64,000 bases of DNA from IMG/VR virus record IMGVR_UViG_3300042564_002302, positions 26,416 to 90,415 of that record. One strand, given 5' to 3'. This document shows positions 28,771 to 39,239 of this stretch, piece by piece. A model generated the notes under the pieces. It was given only the letters and a program-made list of their open reading frames with translations, was not told the origin of the DNA and did no database searches. How positions within the stretch are numbered: the first letter of the stretch is position 1; the number at the start of each line of letters is the position of its first letter. The DNA is from a virus. Made by a program: the position numbers and the translations under genes.

Positions 28771-31163
28771 TGGCAGATCCAACACAGTTTAAAACAGCAA
28801 AGATAAATAATCGCACACCTGCGACTACTGAGTCATTTCACTTTAGGTATGTTGTTACAAAAGATGACGGAACAAAGATTGAGGGTAATACAGCCTCAGT
28901 AGATATATCAACAATAGGCAACGGTGTTGCACCTGCAGCAGTAACAGGGTTAACATATACTCCAAAAGCTGGAGATATGATTTTTAAATGGAATGCAAAT
29001 ACTGAAGGCGACCTAGACGGATACGAAATAACAATATCTGACGGTACAGATATAACAACAAATTTTAAAACATTTAAGCTAAACGCCACAACCTACACAC
29101 TTGCACGATCCGAAATCATATCAATATTTGGTATAGCTCTTCAAACTATTAGATTTTCTATAAAGGCAGTAGATACTGGTGGAAATAAATCAGCTGCAGC
29201 AACTGTTGTAGTTCAATTAGTTGATGATACAGATGGAACTGGTTCACTTAAAACAACAAGCACCCCAGTTCTTACAGCTGGAATTGAAAGCCTCAGCGTT
29301 ACTTGGGACGGAAAAGCGGTTGGCAATGTTGCATACTCTGTAAATATAGATAGAGTAGAAGCCACAGTTACACCTGGAAATAAAACAATTATTTTTACAG
29401 GGGCAAGTACTCAAACACTAAGCGGTCTTACTGGTGGAATAACATATACAGTTTACCTAAAAGCATATGATAAATTTGGTAGAGTTTCTGCTCAATCAAC
29501 CCCAGCGTCTATTGAGGTAAGAGCAGTTCCAGCAGCAGAGCCAGAAACACCAAAGGTTGTAAATGCTGCAGCACTTACTGCAACAGGTGTATTTGCTGGA
29601 ATTAATCTGACATGGAACGGAACATTTGCAGACAGCTCTACAAAACTTACAGGTTTTGATGCACTAGATGTATATGCGGCTACTGCTGCAGATGCTGCAA
29701 CATTTACATTTGTAGGATCATTTAACTCTACTGGGACACAAACAATATTTATACCAGTAAATGGAACAACTATTGCTTATGGTGTTACATCATATTTTAA
29801 AGTAAAAACAAGAGTAGTTGCTGGATCAACTCCTGCTACAACATACCCAGCGTCAGCATTTGGAACGGTGCTAACTGCAACTGGAACTCCACAAAGAGCA
29901 TCAGAAACAGACCTGGGACCAGGAGCTGTCACTATTGCTAAGCTCAAGGGAAATGTTTTAGTATTTGATAATATTAAAGCTGGAACTTTAAGTGCAGCAT
30001 CATTCTTTAGAGTTGGGGCAATGAATCAGCCAGATGGTTTTTCATCTTCGGGCGCAAGAATTGAAATGTCTAGCTCTACTGCAAATATAATATCCGTAGT
30101 AAATCCATTAAATGATCAAACAGTTTCTTTTCCAGACAGGCCAATTCAGCCTGGTCTATCCGTATACCTTTCTGGACAAAGCCCAACATTTCAAGCAGAT
30201 TTAAGTGGAAACGTAAAAATAGATTTATCTCAAAGTGCTAGCTCAACATTTACAGCTGGTTCTACTGGAGCAAACAAATTTGTTGTAATGGGTAAGACTG
30301 AAATAGATGCTGTTAATACATCTGGCATATACGTGGGAAATGATTTTAGCTCAGCACCATTTAGAGTTGCATTTAATGGTAATTTAAAAGCAACCCAGGC
30401 AGATATTACTGGTGAAGTAAAAGCAACAAGTGGAAAAATTGGTGGATGGAATATTGTTGGTGACCAGATAAGATCTATGCCATCTGGAACAGATTCTATA
30501 ACTACTGGCACTGTTACAAAGTACCCAATGGTTATTGATGCCGCCACACAAACAATTCAATTTAATCAAGGGCAAGCAGGGTCCTTCGTCCTTGATGTAG
30601 ATTCTGTCACTGTTCCAAATACAGCTACTGGATCATACTCTGGCACTGGTGTTGAGGTTGTTGACGGTGAAGTTGTTGATGATCAGCATGCCGCCTATTC
30701 ATATTTTTATGAAAGTGGATCTTCTACGTCAACAACAGCAGAAACAATTTCTATTAAAAGATATAATACTGCTGGAAATATTCAGCCAAAAATAACATTA
30801 TCAACTGGTGCAAATGGATTTTTACAACTATATAATAGAAGTAATCCTACAGGAAACGTTCTTGAAACTTCATACATATTGTTAAAAGATGGTGGAGTTG
30901 TTATATCTACACAAAAAGGTTTTCAGATTAAGGGTATGTCTACTGCCGCTCACCACGGATATACAAACTCTCTATATGGTTTAACAGGAGTAAGCGGAGA
31001 GGCTGGTGCAATGCTAGTTGCTAAATCAGACGGAACAGTATCTCGTGGTAGAGCAATATTTAAAACAACTGGTAAAGAAGTAAATATTACTTCAACTTCA
31101 ATTTCAAACGTATGGCGTGGTGTAGGTTTGGAAGGGGACCTACTGTTTAGCACAAACAACTAG
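28770..31163 (+). CDS. FN3-containing minor tail/tip protein
   Basis: FN3 motifs (W.ANTEGDLDGYEI, KAVDTGGNKS, LSGLTGGITYTVYLKAYD); ITGEVKATSGKIGGW. Confidence 0.75.
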   Translation: MADPTQFKTAKINNRTPATTESFHFRYVVTKDDGTKIEGNTASVDISTIGNGVAPAAVTGLTYTPKAGDMIFKWNANTEGDLDGYEITISDGTDITTNFKTFKLNATTYTLARSEIISIFGIALQTIRFSIKAVDTGGNKSAAATVVVQLVDDTDGTGSLKTTSTPVLTAGIESLSVTWDGKAVGNVAYSVNIDRVEATVTPGNKTIIFTGASTQTLSGLTGGITYTVYLKAYDKFGRVSAQSTPASIEVRAVPAAEPETPKVVNAAALTATGVFAGINLTWNGTFADSSTKLTGFDALDVYAATAADAATFTFVGSFNSTGTQTIFIPVNGTTIAYGVTSYFKVKTRVVAGSTPATTYPASAFGTVLTATGTPQRASETDLGPGAVTIAKLKGNVLVFDNIKAGTLSAASFFRVGAMNQPDGFSSSGARIEMSSSTANIISVVNPLNDQTVSFPDRPIQPGLSVYLSGQSPTFQADLSGNVKIDLSQSASSTFTAGSTGANKFVVMGKTEIDAVNTSGIYVGNDFSSAPFRVAFNGNLKATQADITGEVKATSGKIGGWNIVGDQIRSMPSGTDSITTGTVTKYPMVIDAATQTIQFNQGQAGSFVLDVDSVTVPNTATGSYSGTGVEVVDGEVVDDQHAAYSYFYESGSSTSTTAETISIKRYNTAGNIQPKITLSTGANGFLQLYNRSNPTGNVLETSYILLKDGGVVISTQKGFQIKGMSTAAHHGYTNSLYGLTGVSGEAGAMLVAKSDGTVSRGRAIFKTTGKEVNITSTSISNVWRGVGLEGDLLFSTNN

Positions 31164-31171
31164 GGTATATT

Positions 31172-34100
31172 ATGGCAGGCAAAGCATACATAAAAAACTC
31201 AAGTACTCAATGGAAGATTATAAAAAAGGCTTATTATAAAGTAGGTCAGTCATGGGTTCCAATTCAGAAAGCATACGTAAAAGTAGGCAACCTTTGGAAG
31301 AAGGTATTTGACTCTGCATCACAGGCACCAATTGGCACACTTACAAGAATTCTTTATAAAGGGTATGCTCAAAATGGTGGAGTATATGTAGGGGATCTTC
31401 CAAGCTCATGGGTAACAATGGGTCCAGATACATCAACATGGGGAACTGGAACCACCTATCTTTGGGGTGAAGACGGAACTTGGGACGCAAACGGCGGAAC
31501 AATTTCATTCTACAGAAGAGGGTTTTACTACAATACCACAAATGATAGAAATACATATACTTTAATTACTGGAACTAATGCTGAGGGAAATGTTGACGCA
31601 GGCGGAGGTGGAGATAAGCTTCGTAATGCCTCTGGCTATATCTCTGACTATGATAATAAATACTTATGGTATGTTACATCTGCAACAAATACTGCTGGAG
31701 TAACTGGTTTTTCGGCAGCTAACCCGACATTTGTTACAAAGCAGTCACCTGATTTTTCTAATAGTAACTACGACAATTTCTATTTTGACACTCCAGATTC
31801 AATACCGTCTGGCGGAACTGTTAAGTTTAACTTCTATATTGCAGATGAGTGGTACAGAAGAATAGATAAGTCTCTATCGTATATGGAATTTGCAATATTG
31901 GATAATGCAAATGACGGATTTGAGTCTGGAACAAAAATAGGCTCAAATGTACTTATGAGCTCAGTAACGACAAGCACAACTAATGATGTTTTGTATGGGT
32001 CATATGATTTTACAGTACCAGCATCATCTACGTACCTTGGTAAATATTTAGCAGCTAGAATGTTTTTGAGAAATAGTTATACTGAGTGGTACATATATAC
32101 TCCAGTAGAATCTAATACTCAAGTTAGCACTTCCCCTATCACAGCCACGCCAGTTATTGATGTTCTACCAACAATAACAAAAAAAGATTCATATCAAACA
32201 CAAGGTTATAATCTTACTGGAAATGTAGGCAGATGGACTCCAGATGCTACTAGCGTTGAGTATGGATGGCAATATTCTGCAAACGGTACTACTGGCTGGA
32301 CAGATGTTAGATATGCACAATATTTTCCTGGATCTGGAATGGTATACCCAGTGTTTGTTGGTTCAGCATCTTCTGAAGGGGGCGGATATGATTATCTAAT
32401 CCCAACTACATTCTATACCAACTCAACTGGAACAACCACGCCATCAGAAACAAAGTACTTGAGATTTTGGTCACAAGGCGCTGTCAATGGTGTCAAGGCC
32501 GCAAAGACATACACTGCTGCTTTAGGGCCAATATACAAAGCTCCTACTGTTCCAGGAACTCCAGATATTGCATATTATGAGCAGGGAACCGTTTCTGGAA
32601 ATATAACAGCTGGTTTTGTTTGGGATGCTTCAACTTCGTTCTATAGGTATGAGATTGAAAGAAAAACTGGTGGCGGAGTATGGAATACAATAGCAACAGG
32701 AATTACAACAAATGGTGGGTATTTTTCAAAGTATACTGTAAGCGTACCACTTGGCACAGCAACGTACAGAATTGTTGCCGTAAATGAAGATGGTGTCAAA
32801 GCATATTCAACAGAAGTAGTATTTACTGCCTCTGGATTGCCAGGAGCATTTAATATAACATCTGCAGTTAAAGACATTCAGTATGCTGGTTTATTTCAAA
32901 ACTATAGAGATGTTAAGACATACTGGGGTGCTTCAACAAATGCAGAGCTGTATGCTGTAAGATATCAAGGTACAAATACTGCTCCAGGAACTCCAGGAAG
33001 AGAGTCAACATGGACTGAAGTTCAGCCTGAATTTAATGAATGGAGCTATACAACAGATGCTCCAGCAACAGATGACACCAGAGCTAATCTTAGGTATATG
33101 AAAACTACTGGATTAACTTATTCGTACGGAACTTGGTATATTACAACCTCTGGTAATCATAAACTTAATATTGGACAGGCAGTCTATGTACAATGGCCTT
33201 CAGCAAGCTCTAGCAATGATGGTGTTTATATATTACAAGGCGCATCTGGAACGTCTCTATCAATAACAGCAAAAAGCTACGCTCCAGTTACATATTCATC
33301 AACAGATAGACCTGAAGTATCGGTTGGTTGGTTAACAGCATCTGATTACCCATCGCTTAGCCCAACAGCATTTTATGGAGGAGAAAGACAGGCTGACGTC
33401 TACACCTACTATCGTGTAGCTGTTCGTGCAGAAAATTCCGCATCATTAGCAGAGCTTAATCCAACATATAGTAATGGTGGAACATCTACAAATATTCAAT
33501 GGTTTGAATTAACTGGAACAGCGCCGTCTGGACTATCTATATCTGAAGATTCAAAAACTTCAACGTCTGTAAATATAACAGCATCCTATACTAGCACTGG
33601 AAGCTCAGCCTTTTCAAAATATCAATGGTCTACTAATGGAACTAATTGGACTGACGACACAACGTCTCCAGTAAATGTAACTGGGTTAACAGCAGACACA
33701 ACATATACTATTTATGTTAGGGCTGTAAATGCAGAAGGTTTAGCAAGTGAATATAAAACATTATCTGTTACAACAAAAGCTGGTGTCGGGGCTTTTAACC
33801 TTGGAACAGTTACAAAGGGTAAGCTTGGTGCTAGCGTAGCAAGCAAGAGAAGAATTTCAGCAACATTTACAAACCCTACTAACGCTGCATATTATGAAAT
33901 GGAAGTTCAGGCAACAAACACCGAACCAGATACAATACCAAGGACATGGGCTACCCTAGTTTCATTTGCAACAGCATCTCTAATATCAAAGCCAACTAGT
34001 GGAGATCCTACTTTAACCTATGATGCAAATAATTATAAATATTATAGGGTGGCAGTTCGTGCAACGCCAAGTCCATATGATACAACACAAGCAACTTTTA

Positions 34101-35503
34101 ATAATGGTGGAACATCTGATTCGCCTGTTTATGTTGATGCTGCTGGAACAGCACCAAATGCTGTTACAATGCCAGACACAGCTACAGTTACAAAAAATAG
34201 CTTAAGCATTGATTATACGCTTCCAACTGGAACTAATACAGGTTCAGCTGCACTATCTACAACTGAATATAAAAATGGAAGCTCTGGAACATGGACTGCT
34301 ACAACCGCAGATCCGCTAGTTATATCAAGCTTGGAAGCTGGAACAGATTATACAATTTATATGCGTACTACAAATTTAGATGGACTGACAAGCTCAGAAG
34401 CAAGTAAGACATATACAACAACTAAGGTTCCATTAGCATTTACTGTTAACAGTATGACATTTACAGATGGAACGGCAGCTACAATTGCTGTTAGCAAAGA
34501 AATAGCTGTTACCACATCAAATACTTCCTGGACACTTGGTACAGACACAGATACAGCATATTCAGGGGCTGATAAGTATAGAACAGAAGCGTGGTCATCT
34601 AATGCAACTACAATGACATATCCAGGAGGTTCATCTGCTTCTCCTGGGTATACATTTAGAGGAATAAATAAGTATGACTATAGCACTTATACTGGATATG
34701 GCACATTAAATGTAAGGGTTTCTGGAACTAGCCCAGTACCAAAAACAAAAATCTCATGGAATGCATCAACAAATGCTAAAAGTTATACATTTGATTATAA
34801 AATTGGTGCACTTACAACTACATATACGTCAGTCGCTCAAACAGACACATTTTATGAGTGGTCTTGGAATAGCTCTATTTTAGATATTACTTTAGTAAAA
34901 GTAACAGCATGGAGTAATAATGATGGAACTGGAGACTCTGTCGTAGGAACATTTGCAGCAGGTGCTATAAAAACTGGAAAGCCAACTGAGACCTGGGGTA
35001 CTTCTGTTACTAAAACTGCAACTATTGCTAAGCCATTTGTTTCCCCAACCGCAACAACACCAACACCATCTTTCAGCAGATTTTGGCAGACTGCTACCAC
35101 AACAACAAGACAGCAGGGTCTCAACTGGTATTGGAATAATCCAACAGTTAACGATGACGGTCAAATTTTTGGCTGGGACTGGGAAGTTAGAGTTTCAGAT
35201 GTTACAAATTATACTGTTGAGCCACACAGATGGGGTTGGGCCACATGGACTGGAAGAACAGGAATTCCATCTGGAACAAATAGGGGAATGCAGCCATACA
35301 ATGCAACAAAAGGATATACAGCGCTTGTGTATTCTGGCTCTGGTTCAACAAACAATAACGTTACTGGATCCCCATTTCACAATAGAATTAGATCTACAAA
35401 TGATCTTCCTTCATCTAACTCGCTTAGATATGGAAGAATTCGTGTAGTTCTTAAGGGCACCAATGGATCTTATTATCCACAAAGCTGGTCAGGAAATGTA
35501 TAA
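31172..35503 (+). CDS. Large Thr/Ser/Gly/Tyr-rich FN3/Ig repeat fibre (receptor-binding candidate)
   Basis: N-terminal triple W..I.KAY.K repeat; several FN3 units (GLTADTTYTIYVRAVN, LEAGTDYTIYMRTTN). Confidence 0.75.
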   Translation: MAGKAYIKNSSTQWKIIKKAYYKVGQSWVPIQKAYVKVGNLWKKVFDSASQAPIGTLTRILYKGYAQNGGVYVGDLPSSWVTMGPDTSTWGTGTTYLWGEDGTWDANGGTISFYRRGFYYNTTNDRNTYTLITGTNAEGNVDAGGGGDKLRNASGYISDYDNKYLWYVTSATNTAGVTGFSAANPTFVTKQSPDFSNSNYDNFYFDTPDSIPSGGTVKFNFYIADEWYRRIDKSLSYMEFAILDNANDGFESGTKIGSNVLMSSVTTSTTNDVLYGSYDFTVPASSTYLGKYLAARMFLRNSYTEWYIYTPVESNTQVSTSPITATPVIDVLPTITKKDSYQTQGYNLTGNVGRWTPDATSVEYGWQYSANGTTGWTDVRYAQYFPGSGMVYPVFVGSASSEGGGYDYLIPTTFYTNSTGTTTPSETKYLRFWSQGAVNGVKAAKTYTAALGPIYKAPTVPGTPDIAYYEQGTVSGNITAGFVWDASTSFYRYEIERKTGGGVWNTIATGITTNGGYFSKYTVSVPLGTATYRIVAVNEDGVKAYSTEVVFTASGLPGAFNITSAVKDIQYAGLFQNYRDVKTYWGASTNAELYAVRYQGTNTAPGTPGRESTWTEVQPEFNEWSYTTDAPATDDTRANLRYMKTTGLTYSYGTWYITTSGNHKLNIGQAVYVQWPSASSSNDGVYILQGASGTSLSITAKSYAPVTYSSTDRPEVSVGWLTASDYPSLSPTAFYGGERQADVYTYYRVAVRAENSASLAELNPTYSNGGTSTNIQWFELTGTAPSGLSISEDSKTSTSVNITASYTSTGSSAFSKYQWSTNGTNWTDDTTSPVNVTGLTADTTYTIYVRAVNAEGLASEYKTLSVTTKAGVGAFNLGTVTKGKLGASVASKRRISATFTNPTNAAYYEMEVQATNTEPDTIPRTWATLVSFATASLISKPTSGDPTLTYDANNYKYYRVAVRATPSPYDTTQATFNNGGTSDSPVYVDAAGTAPNAVTMPDTATVTKNSLSIDYTLPTGTNTGSAALSTTEYKNGSSGTWTATTADPLVISSLEAGTDYTIYMRTTNLDGLTSSEASKTYTTTKVPLAFTVNSMTFTDGTAATIAVSKEIAVTTSNTSWTLGTDTDTAYSGADKYRTEAWSSNATTMTYPGGSSASPGYTFRGINKYDYSTYTGYGTLNVRVSGTSPVPKTKISWNASTNAKSYTFDYKIGALTTTYTSVAQTDTFYEWSWNSSILDITLVKVTAWSNNDGTGDSVVGTFAAGAIKTGKPTETWGTSVTKTATIAKPFVSPTATTPTPSFSRFWQTATTTTRQQGLNWYWNNPTVNDDGQIFGWDWEVRVSDVTNYTVEPHRWGWATWTGRTGIPSGTNRGMQPYNATKGYTALVYSGSGSTNNNVTGSPFHNRIRSTNDLPSSNSLRYGRIRVVLKGTNGSYYPQSWSGNV

Positions 35504-35535
35504 TATGATACAATTCTATAAGAATGGAGATATAA

Positions 35536-35760
35536 ATGAGTAATGAATTAAGTAATCAGGATAAGCAGTACATAATTAATCAAAAGATCAGGTTCCTTAG
35601 AGAGCAGATATATAATGCTGATGTTGATATTCAGCTTGCACAAGCTCAGGAAATTCCAGATACAGAGCAGGTTGAGCTCTATACTCAGTATAAAGTTGAC
35701 TGGAACGCAAAAATTGTTGTTCTTGAGGCAATCCTTCAAGAATTGCTAAATGCTCAATAA
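35536..35760 (+). CDS. Small coiled-coil protein (paralogue A)
   Basis: RBS GGAG; L.N..K..II.Q.IR.L pattern shared with the next gene. Confidence 0.65.
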   Translation: MSNELSNQDKQYIINQKIRFLREQIYNADVDIQLAQAQEIPDTEQVELYTQYKVDWNAKIVVLEAILQELLNAQ

Positions 35761-35786
35761 AATGGTAGAATATACGTGGAGGCAAA

Positions 35787-36011
35787 ATGACTACATCACT
35801 TACAAATGAAGAAAAGGCTGGCATAATTGACCAGCATATTAGAAGCCTGGACTATGCTATCTATGGCCTTGAGCTAGATAAGATTGAGGCACAAGCCGCC
35901 TCTCCAGTAGATGCTACTGCTGTTACTAACGCTACAGCAAGAATTACATCTCTAACTGCCAAGAGAACAGCTCTTGTGGCAGAAAAAGACTCATTGTCTT
36001 TAGAAGAATAA
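35787..36011 (+). CDS. Small coiled-coil protein (paralogue B)
   Basis: RBS GGAGG; 74 aa like paralogue A. Confidence 0.65.
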   Translation: MTTSLTNEEKAGIIDQHIRSLDYAIYGLELDKIEAQAASPVDATAVTNATARITSLTAKRTALVAEKDSLSLEE

Positions 36012-36026
36012 TAGAAAAGAGATAAA

Positions 36027-36215
36027 ATGGAAAAAGCGGAACTAATCATTGCCGCTCTACAACAGCGCATGGGAGATCTTGTTTCTAATTATGAGACTCA
36101 GATTGCTATGCTAAGAGCAGAAATTACTTACATGATGAATGAACAATCTCAAAAAGAAAAGGACACTGCAGACTATAATGCTGAATTACTTCAAAAGGTC
36201 GAAGAGCTCTCCTAA
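36027..36215 (+). CDS. Small coiled-coil protein
   Basis: MEKAELIIAALQQRMG...YETQIAMLRAEIT. Confidence 0.6.
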   Translation: MEKAELIIAALQQRMGDLVSNYETQIAMLRAEITYMMNEQSQKEKDTADYNAELLQKVEELS

Positions 36216-36600
36216 CCTTGATGAGGTTAAATCCCTTACTGGAAAAGCTTATATGATATCTGGCATGTTCTATAGAACAGAGTCTGGAAACTTTTATATC
36301 AAGTCTAATAAAAGGTATAAGGTTTACTCAGAAAGATGCCTGCAGTCTTGGGCAACACCAGTAATCAACTCTAAGTTTGCCAATATATCACATATACCTT
36401 ACGCAGGAGTTCTTGGTTTTAGAGATGGAACCATTATTCATAACCTAGCAGATGGTAAAATATATATAGTGTCTGACAATCAAAAGAGGCAAATAAAGAC
36501 TCCAGACGCCTTCCCAGAAGGCTGGATTGAGCAGTACAAGATATTGGTTAGCGAAAGTGAAGCCAATCTACACAAGGATGGTGCAGATATAAATGCCTGA
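36139..36600 (+). CDS. Hypothetical protein with two internal repeats (start uncertain)
   Basis: G.F..T.SG.FYI.SNKR and GFRDGT...DGKIYIVSDNQKR. Confidence 0.55.
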   Translation: MNNLKKKRTLQTIMLNYFKRSKSSPNLDEVKSLTGKAYMISGMFYRTESGNFYIKSNKRYKVYSERCLQSWATPVINSKFANISHIPYAGVLGFRDGTIIHNLADGKIYIVSDNQKRQIKTPDAFPEGWIEQYKILVSESEANLHKDGADINA

Positions 36601-37045
36601 TATTGTAGTTCCTACATTTAGTGCTAATGATCCATTAGATTATGGTAAGCTAACTCAGCTAGCAACAGCCATAACATTGGTAAATGCTGCTATTCCAAAG
36701 CCTGAAGTAAAAACAGATCCAACAACTGGAACTGAAGTTGCTGTAAAAACTCTTACAAAGACAAGCCCTTCTCCAATAAAGGTACCCTTTGATAAGCTTA
36801 ATGTAAGATATGAAGGGGATATCATCGACCTTGGTGTAACATTTAAATCAACACCCAAGATCTTTTTGACAGTCACATATCCAGCAACAACTACTACAAA
36901 TAGAATTGTTGTAGCAAACGTAAAGTCTGCTACACCATCTTCGTTTAAGCCTGAGTATTTTGTATTCCAATGGGGAGCAAAATCATCTCAGTCTGGAACA
37001 GGAAGCTTTACAATTGATTGGTTAGCAATAGGAGAAATAGCTTAA
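36593..37045 (+). CDS. Minor tail/fibre tip-like (H-type lectin/gp53-like) protein
   Basis: GVTFKSTPKIFLT...IDWLAIG. Confidence 0.5.
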   Translation: MPDIVVPTFSANDPLDYGKLTQLATAITLVNAAIPKPEVKTDPTTGTEVAVKTLTKTSPSPIKVPFDKLNVRYEGDIIDLGVTFKSTPKIFLTVTYPATTTTNRIVVANVKSATPSSFKPEYFVFQWGAKSSQSGTGSFTIDWLAIGEIA

Positions 37046-37048
37046 CTA

Positions 37049-37327
37049 ATGAAGAGTGGTTACCAGCCATTAAAAAGCTGGCACCAACGAAATAGAAGTA
37101 TAAGTCAGAATGGTTACGTTCTGATATGGGTGCCAGAACATCCCAAAGCCTTTGCAGGAGGCTGGTATTACGAACACGTTTTAGTGATAGAGAAAGAGAT
37201 AGATAGATTGATTAATCATTTTGAGTCAATTCATCATATAGATGAGAACAAACAAAACAATCAATCATATAATTTATTTTTGTGCAGTAGGTATCAGCAC
37301 GACAAAGCGCATAAAAGATGTGCTTGA
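37049..37327 (+). CDS. HNH endonuclease
   Basis: GYVLI..PEHPKA..YEHVLV.E...IHHIDENKQNN...NL..C....H. Confidence 0.85.
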   Translation: MKSGYQPLKSWHQRNRSISQNGYVLIWVPEHPKAFAGGWYYEHVLVIEKEIDRLINHFESIHHIDENKQNNQSYNLFLCSRYQHDKAHKRCA

Positions 37328-37352
37328 CAATAATAAGACAATAACATAGAAT
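37324..37352 (+). promoter_or_regulatory. Sigma70/SigA-type promoter
   Basis: TTGACA-17-TAGAAT. Confidence 0.8.
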
Positions 37353-37357
37353 ATAAG

Positions 37358-37386
37358 AAAGGCGACGAAGAGTCGTCTTTTCGTCG
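37358..37386 (+). other. Hairpin with an alternative pairing in the leader of the phosphoesterase gene
   Basis: AAAGGCGAC-gaaga-GTCGTCTTT, or alternatively CGACGAAGA/TTTTCGTCG. Confidence 0.6.
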
Positions 37387-37400
37387 TAGTTAGGAATACA

Positions 37401-38168
37401 ATGACAGAAGCAAAGAACGACCTTAAATGGATGATGGTTAGTGACGTTCACTTTCCAAGACATGATCCTAGAAAGGTCGAGTTGTTCTTAAAGGTTATGA
37501 AGTGGTTTAAGCCACATGCAGTTGACCTATTAGGAGACATCGACGATGCTGACTCTACAAGTAGATGGTCAGCTGAACATCCACTGGAGTTTACAGTACC
37601 AGTTGGTGATGGTGGAGTTACTGGAACAAAACAGTTTATGCACGACATTCGTAAGATTGTCCCAAATGCTGACTGTCATTTTCATGATGGAAACCATGGA
37701 TGGACAAGACATGGTGACTATCTATCAAAGAAGGCTCCAGCTTTCCTAGAAGTAATTACACCTAACAGTCTTTACGAATATGAAAAGTATGGCTTTAATT
37801 GGCATGAGTATAATCACCCTCCTGTAAAAAGATTTGGTGATATGTACGGACACCATGGAGAAGCTATCTCACAGCACTCTGCTGAGTCTGTAAAGAAGGA
37901 CGTAAATAACTGGGGAGTTTCCTTGGTTAGAGGTCATTCTCACAGAATGGGATCATACTATCAAACTTATAACATTACTGGCCAAGAGCTTCGTGGTTAT
38001 GAGATTGGGCATCTTTGTGATGAAAATAAAATGGATTATTCCATTCAAAAGAATTGGCAGGCTGGATTTGCGGTAGCACATGTAGTTAATGACTATCCGC
38101 ATATGCAACTGATCCAAATAACTAGAGACTATACTTGTGTCGTTGACGGCAAAGTATTTAGCGCATAA
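37401..38168 (+). CDS. Calcineurin-like metallophosphoesterase
   Basis: SDVH, GDIDD, GNH, HHG and GHSH motifs. Confidence 0.88.
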   Translation: MTEAKNDLKWMMVSDVHFPRHDPRKVELFLKVMKWFKPHAVDLLGDIDDADSTSRWSAEHPLEFTVPVGDGGVTGTKQFMHDIRKIVPNADCHFHDGNHGWTRHGDYLSKKAPAFLEVITPNSLYEYEKYGFNWHEYNHPPVKRFGDMYGHHGEAISQHSAESVKKDVNNWGVSLVRGHSHRMGSYYQTYNITGQELRGYEIGHLCDENKMDYSIQKNWQAGFAVAHVVNDYPHMQLIQITRDYTCVVDGKVFSA

Positions 38169-38180
38169 AGGAGAATATAT

Positions 38181-38588
38181 ATGGACGGCATTGTAATTTT
38201 TATTGCATCCGTAGTAACAATTGTTGCAACATCTGCAATTAAGACAGTACGTATGTCTGCAAAGCAGAAGAGCACAGTTGCAATTGCAACATCAGCAGTA
38301 ACAGGATTTGCTACAGCACTCATTCAGTCTGGCGGAGACCTTACTGCAGGTGATTTCACACAGACACTGTTCCTAGTGTTTGGTGCATCACAAGCAATCT
38401 ATACATTTGTAATGAAGGGTACTTCTGCAGATAAGATTCTTGAGCATGCATTTGGCGGAGGCAACAAGACTGTTGCGTCTGCTACAAAGCTCATTGCAGC
38501 CCTAGAAGAGGCAGCAAAGGAAGCAAAGCCAGTAAAGAAGGCTACAGTCAAGAAGAAGGCTGCAGCACCTAAGAAGGCTGCTGAATAG
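38181..38588 (+). CDS. Holin-like membrane protein with Lys/Ala-rich tail
   Basis: Three hydrophobic segments, basic C-terminus, RBS AAGGAG. Confidence 0.5.
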   Translation: MDGIVIFIASVVTIVATSAIKTVRMSAKQKSTVAIATSAVTGFATALIQSGGDLTAGDFTQTLFLVFGASQAIYTFVMKGTSADKILEHAFGGGNKTVASATKLIAALEEAAKEAKPVKKATVKKKAAAPKKAAE

Positions 38589-38589
38589 A

Positions 38590-38775
38590 ATGAAATGTGG
38601 AAGATGCTCTGGAAGAGTATTAATTGACAGAGTATTTTCTCAAAAACTCCACATGGAAATTTACTGTTTAAATTGTGGTAAAAGGTGGATGCTTGATAAA
38701 GAAAAGAGTAGAGTAGGCAGATGGCTAGCAATAAAAGAAGAAGCGTATCTAAAAGAATTGGGTATTTCTTTGTAA
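38590..38775 (+). CDS. Zinc-ribbon protein
   Basis: CGRC...CLNCG. Confidence 0.7.
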   Translation: MKCGRCSGRVLIDRVFSQKLHMEIYCLNCGKRWMLDKEKSRVGRWLAIKEEAYLKELGISL

Positions 38776-39239
38776 ACGGCCTTTTGCATAAAACTCTTAA
38801 TGTAAATCGTGGCCAAGATCTGATCACAGCATGGTGCTATTCTGAAAAAAGAAGAGTATCTTATGTATGGTCAGACACACAAAAGAACCTTGAAAAGGCA
38901 TATACAATAACTCAGGTTGCTGATATGCTTGGAAGACATCGAATGACTATTGATAAGTATATCCGTAATGGATATATCCGTACTCCACAGAGGACATACA
39001 TTATCGATGGTAAGTTTGATAAGCTTGGTAAATATATGTTTTCCGAGAGAGACATTCTTGATTTACATGAATACTTTTGTTCTGTAAGTGTGGGGAGACC
39101 TAGAAAAGATGGAGTCATCAATTCTTTAAATCTCCCCACACGCTCAGAGCTTAAGGCGGCACTTAAGACAGCATCAGTGCTGTATATTAAAAATGATGAA
39201 GGAGACTTTGTCCCAGTCTGGAAGGAAAATACTTGGTAA
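38721..39239 (+). CDS. HTH (MerR/excisionase-like) DNA-binding protein
   Basis: YTITQVADMLGRHRMTIDKYIRNG; GRPRKDG. Confidence 0.75.
   Translation: MASNKRRSVSKRIGYFFVNGLLHKTLNVNRGQDLITAWCYSEKRRVSYVWSDTQKNLEKAYTITQVADMLGRHRMTIDKYIRNGYIRTPQRTYIIDGKFDKLGKYMFSERDILDLHEYFCSVSVGRPRKDGVINSLNLPTRSELKAALKTASVLYIKNDEGDFVPVWKENTW

Noticed and set aside
28770-35503. Diversity-generating retroelement or invertible fibre cassette
   Set aside because: No reverse transcriptase, recombinase or TR/VR repeat pair seen; FN3 repeats are diverged.
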